A program made the position numbers and the translations under genes. 46,828 nucleotides of DNA, taken from positions 1 to 46,828 of the forward strand of contig MRSU01011174.1 in the NCBI GenBank assembly GCA_008369845.1, read 5' to 3'. Of the stretch, positions 38,301-46,003 are shown piece after piece. Below the pieces are notes generated by a model, which saw only the letters and a list, made by a program, of their open reading frames with translations, was not told the DNA's origin and did not search any database. Position 1 is the stretch's first letter; each line of letters starts with the position of its first letter. The stretch comes from Trichomonas gallinae (lineage: Eukaryota).

Positions 38301-38477
38301 ATCTAATTGCGCCATTTCGTTCAAATCTGTTATTAAATCGCAATTTTTTCTCCATTCATAACGAATAACGTGATTAGTATCGTTGATAATTTTGACTGTC
38401 ATTCTGGACGTGTTCGCTATGTATGTGTGCGGGAAGACCACTGAGTCAGGATCAACCCGAATCGGCGGAATCGCCAT
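29370..38477 (-). CDS. Hydin-like axonemal central-pair protein
   Basis: 3035 aa with many ASH/PapD-like Ig repeats (IDFG.......T.TI.N.......F...P..G.I.PG) and a central adenylate-kinase-like insert IIVHGSPKSGKT...GFIIDGLD, followed by ISLMDEEEYNSL. Confidence 0.88.
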   Translation of the reverse strand: MAIPPIRVDPDSVVFPHTYIANTSRMTVKIINDTNHVIRYEWRKNCDLITDLNEMAQLDLGNPDDRREYEKKLLFQSNVFHIEPISSEIWPHRFQQIVITFLPNTDGIFLETAYLFDKLSKFRVPLQMQGLSLPAEAAFNIENIHIGHVNLGDVNDYQILLMNTGQVRADFEFIDTPRENYFDFMPRSGTLEVGGSVPVIIHFEAKHIGQFAERFLYSVNGKTCGNPNVSLFGKVMGPSFVISKPVIDFGNAGFGFIHAQTFTVTNTSKIPLNYKLHFKIDGTFEKHELCITPDTGVIQPGDIGRFTVEFLPKSVKTYHATLEFIPTDLEAINEIEIKAVCVCPEITLQRNTIEVGEIFINKRIMTQIIAFNNSEFPARYEFIECKDPSVLEAKIEYDNDTGVINANGRTVIPVYITPKMIGQIRLTRFIKISGANYRPLDFGVTGYCIGPKIKMSDTKIDFGPVTVLAETEKTLLITNDSPIEASFKAAIKSGDAFKLPVENAVIEAYKTYAFPVTAMFNDPSVFSSEIELIFQHLPPMTVGLLGKGIGCPLVSSISMGIINIGTLFTNEPHYIDFTMVNKGRKSIDIKWNVQRPKSLNGKTPQISFSPETATFKVGEEHSFRITVISSCSSRYSCSCSCISIMNKKTHEIYSPLISGTFIEPLITFAKPKMVFNHYHDTNNESRAATEPSINLLKDITQSNILTNATELEVTLYVDSIDYFDITPNVINLKPGESADFDVTFKTSLKKDFLSQKIESAFKFALEGNPTMISLPVVANYVFPNLQLSSSSPINFGVLSSETEITKDLSVKNPTQVDCHYSWELLSRANDPLVAQVFDVFPNSGVIPPGASEVFHFNFYGRLRDPEKKSARYDCIAICHTTGGPDYTVNLIGEVAKVECEVEPKKIDFGARFYNDTMISNILIRNRSVIPLDFNIQIPKQTTFKYISVEPMNGVVEREMTANIKIKIMPGIPRKYLESINVMLGRFDVIPIQIEADCHFPQLYIEMDRDSDDPVIEAFKNRPRKKSIEPSLEHLLSIEKELFSDMLQAKLASGNISGRKKSTEDKETYVSGIFYIDFGDIMVGDDRSIEKAIKTICPLPVSFEIIDDSLANTGFTISSNSFRNVYPDSLIPLTFKFETEKRTTNISGNVEFPIYVAFSETFCYLIRVVANITIPCLSFSKAFFNFESTIVGQKRTMHLQIQNMNKIPSEFSINRKIFESKKIPKGVFSIEPMEGIINPNSYENIVITFTPKSSRQYTLEVPFVTKYNDDMTFVTLKGQGYSLKVEFEPESIVFSPRLPFSDPHTLKFKIKNPTMQTVEVYSTQFDAKLAQDTSSLKNQSSRDSVTMNETKNESASSSKKSMVQFGDSLRSFESKLAPKIIPKQFSMCIIVHGSPKSGKTYVSRLLSSHLNLPVIRLASIWENVDRREELIQEIFASPDFSRGFIIDGLDGIPDGKESELFISHSLKSKNILDDVSKNPFMDLVKNGETTSSIECLYAILNSLTCHYVFLIGVTCPLDLALKRIEDDSIQMNNEKIERLKTEMERISLMDEEEYNSLADIEKHRVDSLRKMARKEITSAEEKSVEMARKSRLGVRMERAPVTNSFKSVSGSIAAGKPSSKKKLTKEEEMMAKINLFLLSFGSLTKIVQERRENTIVIDPTTLQLPNKVKFDSNDSNKCTSFKNVNSLFISVTDNDSDIYSCLSDFFPRWNVMREKVFQQFIPEPELIVSEESYLASLILEPICDCFQLVQVDEHQIEEPERSPSPLNKSRRTIRGGSMRRLDKPKFLALEPTFEPTYTPRWTIEPDSSVTLGVRFLARPVGDYQDLLNFQIVGGSGTDFSLPVSACCLIPEIERSPNLIFPRTSKKLLMRTENSWIESLKEFHFGCQLVMKERAKNQPPAYKAVLTIRNVGILNAEVTAMITELTGGRCPFSVENPFCNIAPNSYASFNIGFHPLTAERFKTTLSFFIKDNPEPLQFVIAGDGCIPSIEANLTNLDFGRVVTDHAAALPITLHNNGKTSAYWKLKGTQQLENFLSFSAIEGLVNAQQSIDITATFCSKRAQIVKKPIQIDIMDKNKLRMFSTFHIQVSAEAFDINFDFLYPKGIDHLNFGDVMVNTKEDLVCTIKNKGKYASQFKLLIDRKAAKYLKANCLEGTVTNGEKGAKQIVFSFFSESPMEIKNQVIANLKVNDTVTGTPLGLLPIKLSVSCCYSKIRIDPPFLDFGLCEMGDVKTLPITLYNDGAFPFDFTLTSNDVSPPSRNASRAKKIKARPKAKTKVNPMRFFFGSFGCTHCNGVVPPKGSLQLFIEYASLCPADDNSELLFAANNLDPETKGEIKYSVKAKTSLPSIETDDFEKIFPATTLCLRYDLSRNEQTCFLEDEQILHFQAMTTKTSKSVRIRLVNNLEIPAVVDAALKPIKKNDSSKLMFSISEKIFNLGPHQAEELELSFTPEKTGKFSCIFEATPHSTASKDAAPGLIFRVEGEGALPIVSLAGVEKSKKFQHSFGRTLVGFSREKVVCIQNTGVLPATVTINAQASPDFSLLGVETSSFVLLPGRSVNPRIVFQPTKTKRSTFDVNVKVEDNSSSDFSMNFIGDGVIEDIIIDGLQADDSLIFKDAVIGKKETIDIILKNISTSDYRFMLEEVPGLMIVPSQGHIHKHTIKKVSVTFLADNVIKYFQQKLGIKVMEIDLPEFTPDWDDSMKIETVMMPVMPPSPIGRGIPATRSKRKLPTFSNFSGSSSRMSNSPFLTTSSSRIGFGLQSPKPGDSNQTVWVVKDEPLFTPLNKSKEFLIKVTARSDNIHFVLDSESIAFPPTMMFERRLETVSLTNTCSIKFGFKWYPTVPEEIRISEGQPPFTIEPSEGVIEPGNTTKFNIIFAPTTVGSFQSRLVCDIPSLSINDEPAIFVSGSSRRPVCHVTCETSDYLNRRYPEYTYDIPQNTRVLEIFSKGTGISSSKVVEVLNTMETAYDAVWSLVQETTGEGGIECDQTLALVSSGKTLRTTFTYKPVKAKTIESLWQLSIPSMETTAYILVVGRIMPR

Positions 38478-38789
38478 TTTTTTCGAAATACTGTGATCGT
38501 TTATAAATTCGAAAATTTCCTGACATTTGTCAAAATATTGTCAAAAATAATACCAAACATTTAATATAGCTAAGTCAAATAGATTATAGATTACATGTTG
38601 CTATTTTAGATTTATTTAGTTGGATCATGCAAGATATACTTTTGAATAGATATTGACAGCGAGTTCGATTACTATAAATTACGGGAAATATTTACAAGCT
38701 TGAGTATATTGTTATATTACATGTAACAATGTCAAATTCAAATATAATGAAAATTTCAAAATATTATTCTAAAAATTTAATATAATAAT

Positions 38790-39575
38790 TTAAAAACCAT
38801 ACATCTTACGGCAGTTTTCGCGGCAAATTCTGAATGCTTCTTCATCAGGGATCTTATGAAGTTCAGCAATCTTCTTGACGATGTAAGGAACATGTCCTGG
38901 TGTTGCTGGTTTTCCACGGAATGGGATTGGAGCCATGAATGGACCGTCTGTTTCAGAAAGAATTCTATCCATTGGAATTTGTGAGCAAACATCCTGAACC
39001 TGCTTGGAATTCTTGAATGTAAGGACACCAGTAAAGCCGAAGAATGCGTTTGGATAGTTTGGAAGAACGAAGTTAACTAACTTCATCGAATCTGTGTAGC
39101 AATGAACGTGGAATTTGTGCTCCTTTGGGATGCATTCCTTGATGATTTCGATTGTGTCATCTTCTGCTTCTCTTGTGTGAATAACAATTGGCAAGCCAAG
39201 TTTTACGGCAAGCTTTGCCTGACGGGCGAAAATTGCCTTTTGGATATCTCTTGGGCTGTTGTCGTAGTGGTAATCTAAACCGATCTCACCGAGAGCAACG
39301 ATTTGCGGGTGTTTCAAGCACTCGACCAAATTTGCTTCGAGATCGTCATTGTAGATGTTGGCATTATGTGGATGGATACCAAGAGCTCCGTGGATCTTTG
39401 GATTTCCCATATTCAAGAAATGAAGTGTTGAATCGAATGATTCGCTAAAAACTGTGACACAGCCTCCAAATCCAGGCTCCCACTTTTCGCCAACTTTCTC
39501 TAAAGGTGTGTCACGGCTAACTTTAAGTCTGTCGTAGATGTCATCTAAGTGACAGTGAGTATCCACGTATTCCAT
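38790..39575 (-). CDS. tatD: TatD family nuclease (TATDN2-like catalytic domain)
   Basis: DTHCHLD, GIHPH, ALGEIGLDY, PIVIHTREA, HVHCYT, SETDGP. Confidence 0.95.
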   Translation of the reverse strand: MEYVDTHCHLDDIYDRLKVSRDTPLEKVGEKWEPGFGGCVTVFSESFDSTLHFLNMGNPKIHGALGIHPHNANIYNDDLEANLVECLKHPQIVALGEIGLDYHYDNSPRDIQKAIFARQAKLAVKLGLPIVIHTREAEDDTIEIIKECIPKEHKFHVHCYTDSMKLVNFVLPNYPNAFFGFTGVLTFKNSKQVQDVCSQIPMDRILSETDGPFMAPIPFRGKPATPGHVPYIVKKIAELHKIPDEEAFRICRENCRKMYGF

Positions 39576-39961
39576 TATTCTGACTAAGTTGATGAAAATT
39601 TTGTTTTGTAAATAATTTATTTGTCATATTATTATACATTTCTGACTTATAAATAATTTACTTGCCAATTATTGACTTATTAATAAAATCTTTACCAAAT
39701 AAATCAAAAACAATTGTTTACATGACAAATCATGTCAATTTGTATACACGCAATAGGTAAGGTTTATTTTGTTTTATTGTTATATGTAACTATAAGATGC
39801 GTCGATTTTCCGATCATTGTCAGTTTTCTTGTCGTAATCGAAGTTTGGCAGATATCGGTAATATTGGCAAATCGCAGTTATTAGTAGAATGGCGATATAA
39901 TAAAATTTTGGCCCCCTGAAAAATTTTCTAAATTCAGATAAGTTAGGAAAAGAAAAAAACG

Positions 39962-41386
39962 ATGTTATCTTCAGACAATTACTACGACGCAATGCTGGAC
40001 ATTATGTATTCGCTTTTGAACAGCCACATGTGGGAGAATGAGGAGGGCGCTATCTCTCGCATAGAATTACCATTTTTTCCGGAACAATGTATTTCAAAAT
40101 TAGTAGTTTCCGTGAGGAAAATCTTCGAATCTGAAGAAAACTTAATGCATATTTCATCTCCGATAACTATTGTTGGTGATTTACATGGTAATATAATCGA
40201 TTTTCTAAAAATTCTTAAAACGCATGGTGCTCCACCGTGGACAAGGTATCTATTCCTCGGAGATCTTGTGGATCGAGGCGAATTTTCGGTAGAAACCATT
40301 ACATTTATTTATCTCTTGAAAGTAAAATATCCACAAGACGTTTTTATTATAAGAGGAAACCATGAAGTTGATGCTGTATGCTCAAAATATGGATTCAAAA
40401 GCGAAATTATCAAAAAATATAATTCAGAAAAATTATATCAGACTTTCATCAATACTTTTAATTATACTCCAATGGCTGCACTCATTGACTCGAGAATCCT
40501 CTGCATTCACGGCGGAATTGGACCAAGCGTCAAAACAATCAATGATATTGCAAATATTAAACGTCCGTTATCGATGATCACGAAAAATACTCCGGCATAT
40601 GATTTATTATGGTCTGATCCGTATGAAGATGCTATTATTTTTGAAAGAAATCCACGAGGCTTCGGACATCTTTTCGGTAAAAAGCATTTAATAGATTTTG
40701 AGCTAAAGAATGCCTTATCGCTTGTAGTAAGAGGCCATGAAGTTGCAACTAATGGAATTTACTATGGCTATGATGGTAAATTAGTTACCGTTTTTAGTTC
40801 ATCAGATTATTGTCATTTAAACAATGATTCTGGAGTTCTAAAGATATTGGAAAGCGGAGCAACCGAAGTATTCACTTATAAACCACTTCCAAAAAAGATT
40901 TGTTCATCTGATGTTGATTTCCTTGGAATCACAGAGGCTGAACTTGAGAAACATCAAATACACGGTGATAACGTGCAGAATGTGAAACCTCAAGATGATT
41001 TTAATTTCACTGTTCCAAATCAATATATTAAATGTTTGCATGCAAAGATGAAAGCAGAGAAACTCAAACAATTCATAGAAAATGAACATTCAAAGGCTTC
41101 CATTTCACTCAAAAGCACTCACAAGAAAGGAAATAACATGCTATTTCCTAATGATGCAGCAGATCTGACACCAAAACGAAAAATACACCACTTCGACACT
41201 CCACAAGGCATTTCCGACGATGCTTCAGTCGTCAGCATCAGGAGGAAAATGTCAGGGCGGAAAAAGAAGAAACCAGCGAAAAAGCGCCGCTGTTCGAGCG
41301 CAAATGTTCCAAAGATGAAGAAATCAATGAAGAGGTCTCTTAGCCCACTTCAGAAGAAAATAGAGAATGTTTTCAAAAACTTTTAA
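39962..41386 (+). CDS. PPP-family Ser/Thr protein phosphatase with basic C-terminal tail
   Basis: GDLHG, GDLVDRG, RGNHE, CIHGGI, DLLWSDP, VRGHE, TVFSSSDYC; Lys/Arg-rich putative NLS RRKMSGRKKKKPAKKRR. Confidence 0.93.
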   Translation: MLSSDNYYDAMLDIMYSLLNSHMWENEEGAISRIELPFFPEQCISKLVVSVRKIFESEENLMHISSPITIVGDLHGNIIDFLKILKTHGAPPWTRYLFLGDLVDRGEFSVETITFIYLLKVKYPQDVFIIRGNHEVDAVCSKYGFKSEIIKKYNSEKLYQTFINTFNYTPMAALIDSRILCIHGGIGPSVKTINDIANIKRPLSMITKNTPAYDLLWSDPYEDAIIFERNPRGFGHLFGKKHLIDFELKNALSLVVRGHEVATNGIYYGYDGKLVTVFSSSDYCHLNNDSGVLKILESGATEVFTYKPLPKKICSSDVDFLGITEAELEKHQIHGDNVQNVKPQDDFNFTVPNQYIKCLHAKMKAEKLKQFIENEHSKASISLKSTHKKGNNMLFPNDAADLTPKRKIHHFDTPQGISDDASVVSIRRKMSGRKKKKPAKKRRCSSANVPKMKKSMKRSLSPLQKKIENVFKNF

Positions 41387-41611
41387 TTCATAATGTGTTT
41401 TTTATGTAATAAAATATGTTTTTCCTTATTTTGTAGTATATTCCTTTAATCTTATTTTATATGTCAATAAAAACATGTAGTCATATGGTGAAAAGTGAAT
41501 CTATACTTATGCATATTCTGATTCAACTTATAACACACATCGATGAAAAAAATTTTGATGCACTAAGTAGTGTCACTTTTTTGATGTGATGCATTGAGTT
41601 TTTTTGATAAT

Positions 41612-43789
41612 ATGGAAGAATTATTTCATTTGGTATCAGAGAAGGTCGAGCAATGCGATGTTAGTGTCTGTGAAGACATACAGAAGATGAGAGAATCGAT
41701 TTTCGATGAATTATTAAACCAAAAAGAATTGATCCATATGATTGAATCAAATGCTACAAATTTATGGAACAAATCCGTAACTTTGTCGAGGAATATCGCG
41801 AAATTATCAGAAGAACAGCAAAATTTGGCGAAAAATCAAATTATACCAAATATCCGGATTCTTTGTTGCGACATTTTCCATAAATATTCGTCTACCAATT
41901 ACGAGAAACTATTTAGATGTGGTGTTAGCACGTGCAATTCGTTATATGAGGCATGCAGATACGAAGATTGCAATAATTACTTTGATCTATGTATTTCATG
42001 CGTGAACAACATAAATTTAGAGCTTCCATACAATGTTCAAAGTCTTGTGCAATTACACATCTGTCATTCACGTTCATTAATCGCAACTTTTGATCCAGAT
42101 TCTGCATTAAAGTCATTGAAAGACATGACTCAAAGAATTCCAATTGCTTCTTCAAGCTTATCATCATATATTCTACAAACAGCCGATTCTCTTAAGTCTC
42201 CTGACTGGTCTTCATTTTGCATCGAATTCTTTTCTAAAATTCCTGAATTAAGTGATGCCTTCCTTGTTGATGCAATAATACTACACTTTTCCATCTTATC
42301 ATCACTTGGCACTGAAGTAAAAATTGATATAATTTTGAATCTTGATGGACAGGTCAAAGAATTCATTGACTTAGCTCAAGGTATATTTAATGGAACACCA
42401 AACATCGAAATGATCCTGAATTACACCAATGAAACTAATTTTTCAAGATTAGCCGAAATTTGCTGTATTAACATCAAAAAATTACCTCCAGACATCTTCC
42501 CATTCATCATAAGTGCAGCAACTAGAGACATCGATATTAAAAAGTATGCCATCAAGGCAGCAATCGAAATTAATTCTTTTGATCTAATTTCGAAATTGAA
42601 TCTTGACGAATCCGACTTTTCACCAGTATGGAACCACTCCATTGCTCTCAAATCGTCCAGAAACTTCGCAGAAGCAGCCCAGTGGTGCTCATTGTTGATT
42701 GGAAAATCAAACGATGATGCAAAACTTTTCCGTTTCCAAAGTCGCTGCTTCAGCGAAGTTGGCGAACATCAGCACGCAGTAGAACTTGCAAAAGAAGCTA
42801 CTGAAATGTCAAATGATGATGCATCGAAACTAACTTATTTCAAAGCTCTAGTCAAAGCTTCCGAATACGACAAGGCATCAGAGTTTGCTTCATCATTCTC
42901 AAATGCAGAATCACTTGTTTATTCCTCTTCGATATTGGCCAATGAAAGCAGATATTCGGACTGCTTGAATCTTATCAAAAAGGCTTTCATTTATGAGATA
43001 ACAGGCGAAATATTGAAAATTGTTGCTCTCTGCCTGCAGAGAATCGAAGTGAACAACACAGCAACCAAAGAAGCAATAAAAGATATGTCGAACAGACAAA
43101 TCGAATTCAAAGATGTAGATGATGATGTAAGAAGGGCAATTTGCATAGCTGTATATAACAACTGCAGAGATGATGTGAACTGTTTGCTAATGGCATTGCA
43201 TGCTTCATGCGATGAAGATACAACAGATGCATTGTCTTATTCATTTCTTAAGGCAGCAGTTTTTGATCAAGACGAGAAAATACTGGAGAAAATTTTGGAA
43301 ATCCAAACGAATGATGAAATAACAAACTGCTGCAATGCAATTAACTCTATTTTCTTCGGGCAAGAAAATGATCCAATCGAGCTTATCAAACAATTAAATG
43401 AAAAGTCGATCAACTTCATTTTGAGGCTGTTGTCTACGGCAACAGTCCACGTTAATGCTTCATTCCTGTTTCAGCTATTGTCAATTGATAGTCTTTCTGA
43501 GGAAGCAATTTCACACATTACTTTGATTGTTTTCAAACTGAGATTCACCCATGAAGAGATGCGTGAATTGTGTGAATCATTGTCCAACAGGTTTGACGAC
43601 AGATTCTCTGCATCTTTGCTTGAGTATTTCTGTTGCAGTTGCTGGAATTACGGCAGAGATGGCGTTGGAATTTACAAAGATTCCGAATGGTTCCTTTCTT
43701 TAGCAATCAACACCGCATCGCGGCACGAAGAACTTTCCCTTCTCAGAGACCACATTGTCTCTGTCTACAACGAATATTTATCCTCCTGA
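41612..43789 (+). CDS. TPR-like protein, probable meiotic ZIP4/SPO22/TEX11 homologue
   Basis: N-terminal ESNATNLWN, central VWN...RNFAEAAQW...AKLFRFQSRCF...HAVELAKEA, C-terminal CWNYG...SEWFLSLA...VYNEYL. Start at ATG 41612. Confidence 0.7.
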   Translation: MEELFHLVSEKVEQCDVSVCEDIQKMRESIFDELLNQKELIHMIESNATNLWNKSVTLSRNIAKLSEEQQNLAKNQIIPNIRILCCDIFHKYSSTNYEKLFRCGVSTCNSLYEACRYEDCNNYFDLCISCVNNINLELPYNVQSLVQLHICHSRSLIATFDPDSALKSLKDMTQRIPIASSSLSSYILQTADSLKSPDWSSFCIEFFSKIPELSDAFLVDAIILHFSILSSLGTEVKIDIILNLDGQVKEFIDLAQGIFNGTPNIEMILNYTNETNFSRLAEICCINIKKLPPDIFPFIISAATRDIDIKKYAIKAAIEINSFDLISKLNLDESDFSPVWNHSIALKSSRNFAEAAQWCSLLIGKSNDDAKLFRFQSRCFSEVGEHQHAVELAKEATEMSNDDASKLTYFKALVKASEYDKASEFASSFSNAESLVYSSSILANESRYSDCLNLIKKAFIYEITGEILKIVALCLQRIEVNNTATKEAIKDMSNRQIEFKDVDDDVRRAICIAVYNNCRDDVNCLLMALHASCDEDTTDALSYSFLKAAVFDQDEKILEKILEIQTNDEITNCCNAINSIFFGQENDPIELIKQLNEKSINFILRLLSTATVHVNASFLFQLLSIDSLSEEAISHITLIVFKLRFTHEEMRELCESLSNRFDDRFSASLLEYFCCSCWNYGRDGVGIYKDSEWFLSLAINTASRHEELSLLRDHIVSVYNEYLSS

Positions 43790-43906
43790 ATAAACATTTT
43801 TTTTTATTTCTTTAACTTACAATGTTCATGCATCTAATAAAAACATGCGAATCATGAGTTTGCTATATAATCATGCTGATAAATGGATCGATATCCTTCA
43901 ATGCTG

Positions 43907-45181
43907 TTAACGCATTTTGTCGAAACATATAATGTTTGAATTCATTGAAATTGTTTCGTTTTCTTCGTTTGGTTTCAGTGGCTCTGTGTCGCCGTGAACG
44001 TCTTTGTATTTGCAGGCGATGATTTTAGCAAACATCACGCCAATAATTCCACCTAGAATAAAAGATGAGATTTGAAAAAGAAGGAAAGAACTTTTTTGCT
44101 GTTTTGGCAGTTCAAATGAACCAATTGCAGCACCAACATGCCATGTAATAAGTCTTTTCATTTCAGATGTTAAATATTGAATATTACGAATTAAATTAAA
44201 TTCTTCAACTAAAATTGACTGGTAAATGGACAAAAAGCAGACTTCTGTGAGATTAACTTTATCACCAAACAATCTAAAAGAATCTTTGTAGTTTAAATTG
44301 CAAACATCTGATTTTTGTGTTTTTATTGTGAAAAAATAGTAGCTTGTGTTAATTCTGAGGATATTTTCACGCAAATATGCAGATTTTATGATATTAGAAC
44401 AATTTTCTTTGTTTCCGGTTCCATAAAATGATATATTTTTGAAAATAAACGGAGCTTTGTCTAAAAGGCAAGGATGAGAATAGTCTGAGTCTTTTTTGTC
44501 TAATATATTATCAAATGTATTCGATAACACAGTATCAATTCCAAGATTTGGATAAGAAAATGAATATAGCTTAAAATTCTTGTTGGAAATCCTAAATAAT
44601 GTGGAATTTATTGGTAGATGCATTATATCCGAAGTAAAAGCAATTTGAAGCGAATCTTTTGATAATTCAAAAATTCCGGTTGTTTTCTTATGTTTGTTGA
44701 AGTTTCCTTGTACGTAATTTGTAGCTGCCCATGTAAATATACCCTTTTGATCGCGTGTTATTGGATGAAATCTGATTTCTCCCGGATTAACTTCTGAAAT
44801 CTGAGAAAATTCTTTTTCGAAAAGATCAATTATACGATCAACTGCAGGTTTATCTAGTTTTTGTTTGTAAAATTCAGTCATAATGTATATATTCACTGAA
44901 GATTGCGAAATTATTTTTTCATTTACCCGAATTCTAAGGAATTCTGCAAAATTTATTGCTATTTTCCGAATAACCTCATCCTTGTCTTTACTACTGAAAT
45001 ATTTGTTTTCTATTCTATGGCTTAATATATTTCGATTGTTAGGAAAATAGTCAATGTTAGGCTTTGAATCAGATGTGTTGACTTTGAATATGTAGCATGT
45101 GAATTCTTTATCATCCAAACCTCCTATTATCATATTCGGAAATTTTGATGTTGATAAGATAAACAATAACCATGCAAACAT
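43907..45181 (-). CDS. Degenerate GDA1/CD39 (NTPDase) family membrane protein
   Basis: Signal peptide MFAWLLFILSTS; GIFTWAATNY (ACR3), TTGIFELSKDSLQIAF (ACR4), LYSFSY..LG, HPCL, TWHVGAA (ACR5); C-terminal TM helix. Confidence 0.8.
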   Translation of the reverse strand: MFAWLLFILSTSKFPNMIIGGLDDKEFTCYIFKVNTSDSKPNIDYFPNNRNILSHRIENKYFSSKDKDEVIRKIAINFAEFLRIRVNEKIISQSSVNIYIMTEFYKQKLDKPAVDRIIDLFEKEFSQISEVNPGEIRFHPITRDQKGIFTWAATNYVQGNFNKHKKTTGIFELSKDSLQIAFTSDIMHLPINSTLFRISNKNFKLYSFSYPNLGIDTVLSNTFDNILDKKDSDYSHPCLLDKAPFIFKNISFYGTGNKENCSNIIKSAYLRENILRINTSYYFFTIKTQKSDVCNLNYKDSFRLFGDKVNLTEVCFLSIYQSILVEEFNLIRNIQYLTSEMKRLITWHVGAAIGSFELPKQQKSSFLLFQISSFILGGIIGVMFAKIIACKYKDVHGDTEPLKPNEENETISMNSNIICFDKMR

Positions 45182-45813
45182 TTTAATAATTTTCAACGCA
45201 CATCATATCTATAACAAATATTTAATTCATCTATAAACAACAAAAACAAACTCGAATCCAAATATACGTATGGGTATACTGAGCAGTGTTTATAAACCCA
45301 TTTTTTCTATGATATAATAGATTTATATACAGCTTGTTCTATAGCTTGTTATAACTATTATTGATTTAAATCTTCATAAGAGCCAGAACACAAACAAATT
45401 CATATCCGTGCAAAAACATGTGCGAAAACTCAACATATGTGCTTACGAGATGGTTTGAATACATTCTATTACACTTTCCATATAGTATCAAACTGCACGC
45501 ATATTTCTCGTTATTTGTGTAAAATTACTATTGAAAATATATCTTTCATTTAATTTGGTATTGGAGCATACTCAAGCTAGATTTACATTTTAATAGATGC
45601 AAATATTTTATTTTTGTATTAAACAATGAATTTTGAGCAAATTTACAATATGAAAAAAATATCTAAGTTCTTTCACTATTTTATCTTTAAATACAATCAT
45701 TTTGCTCAAAATCATGTCTAAAAATAGATCAAAAACTAGTTTCTGCCATTGATAATTTTATCCAAAATTATAAAAGACAAAAGATTAAATGTATTTAAAG
45801 CGAGTGCCACAAA

Positions 45814-45947
45814 AATATCTGTATGCCCGCGGGAAGTTAATCTGTGACTTATGGCAGTTAAACTGATATGAAATATTTCACCAAAAGAAGGGAACGCCTC
45901 ATTGATATAAAAATCGAGAGGTTTGGATTTTGTAGACCGTAGATATT
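45814..45947 (+). ncRNA. Candidate structured small RNA (two hairpins, closing helix, Sm-like site)
   Basis: Hairpins AAGUUA/UGACUU (with UGCC/GGCA) and GCCUC-UUGAU/AUCGA-GAGGU; AAUAUCU/AGAUAUU terminal helix; GAUUUUG at 45926-45932. Confidence 0.3.
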
Positions 45948-46003
45948 CGAATTAAAAACGAAGAAAATCTGTTTATTGTAAATTTCAAAAAATGGAAGAT
46001 TAT

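Noticed and set aside
39780..39992. 70-aa minus-strand ORF and CG-rich patch upstream of the phosphatase
   Set aside because: Non-ATG start overlapping the phosphatase start and no motifs; probably divergent promoter sequence.
45630..45712. 12-bp inverted repeat ATTTTGAGCAAA/TTTGCTCAAAAT as a MITE
   Set aside because: AT-rich, no clear target-site duplication and no second copy in the window.
45863..45880. CTGATATGAAA as a hammerhead ribozyme core
   Set aside because: It lacks the CUGANGA consensus and there is no stem II between the two core segments.
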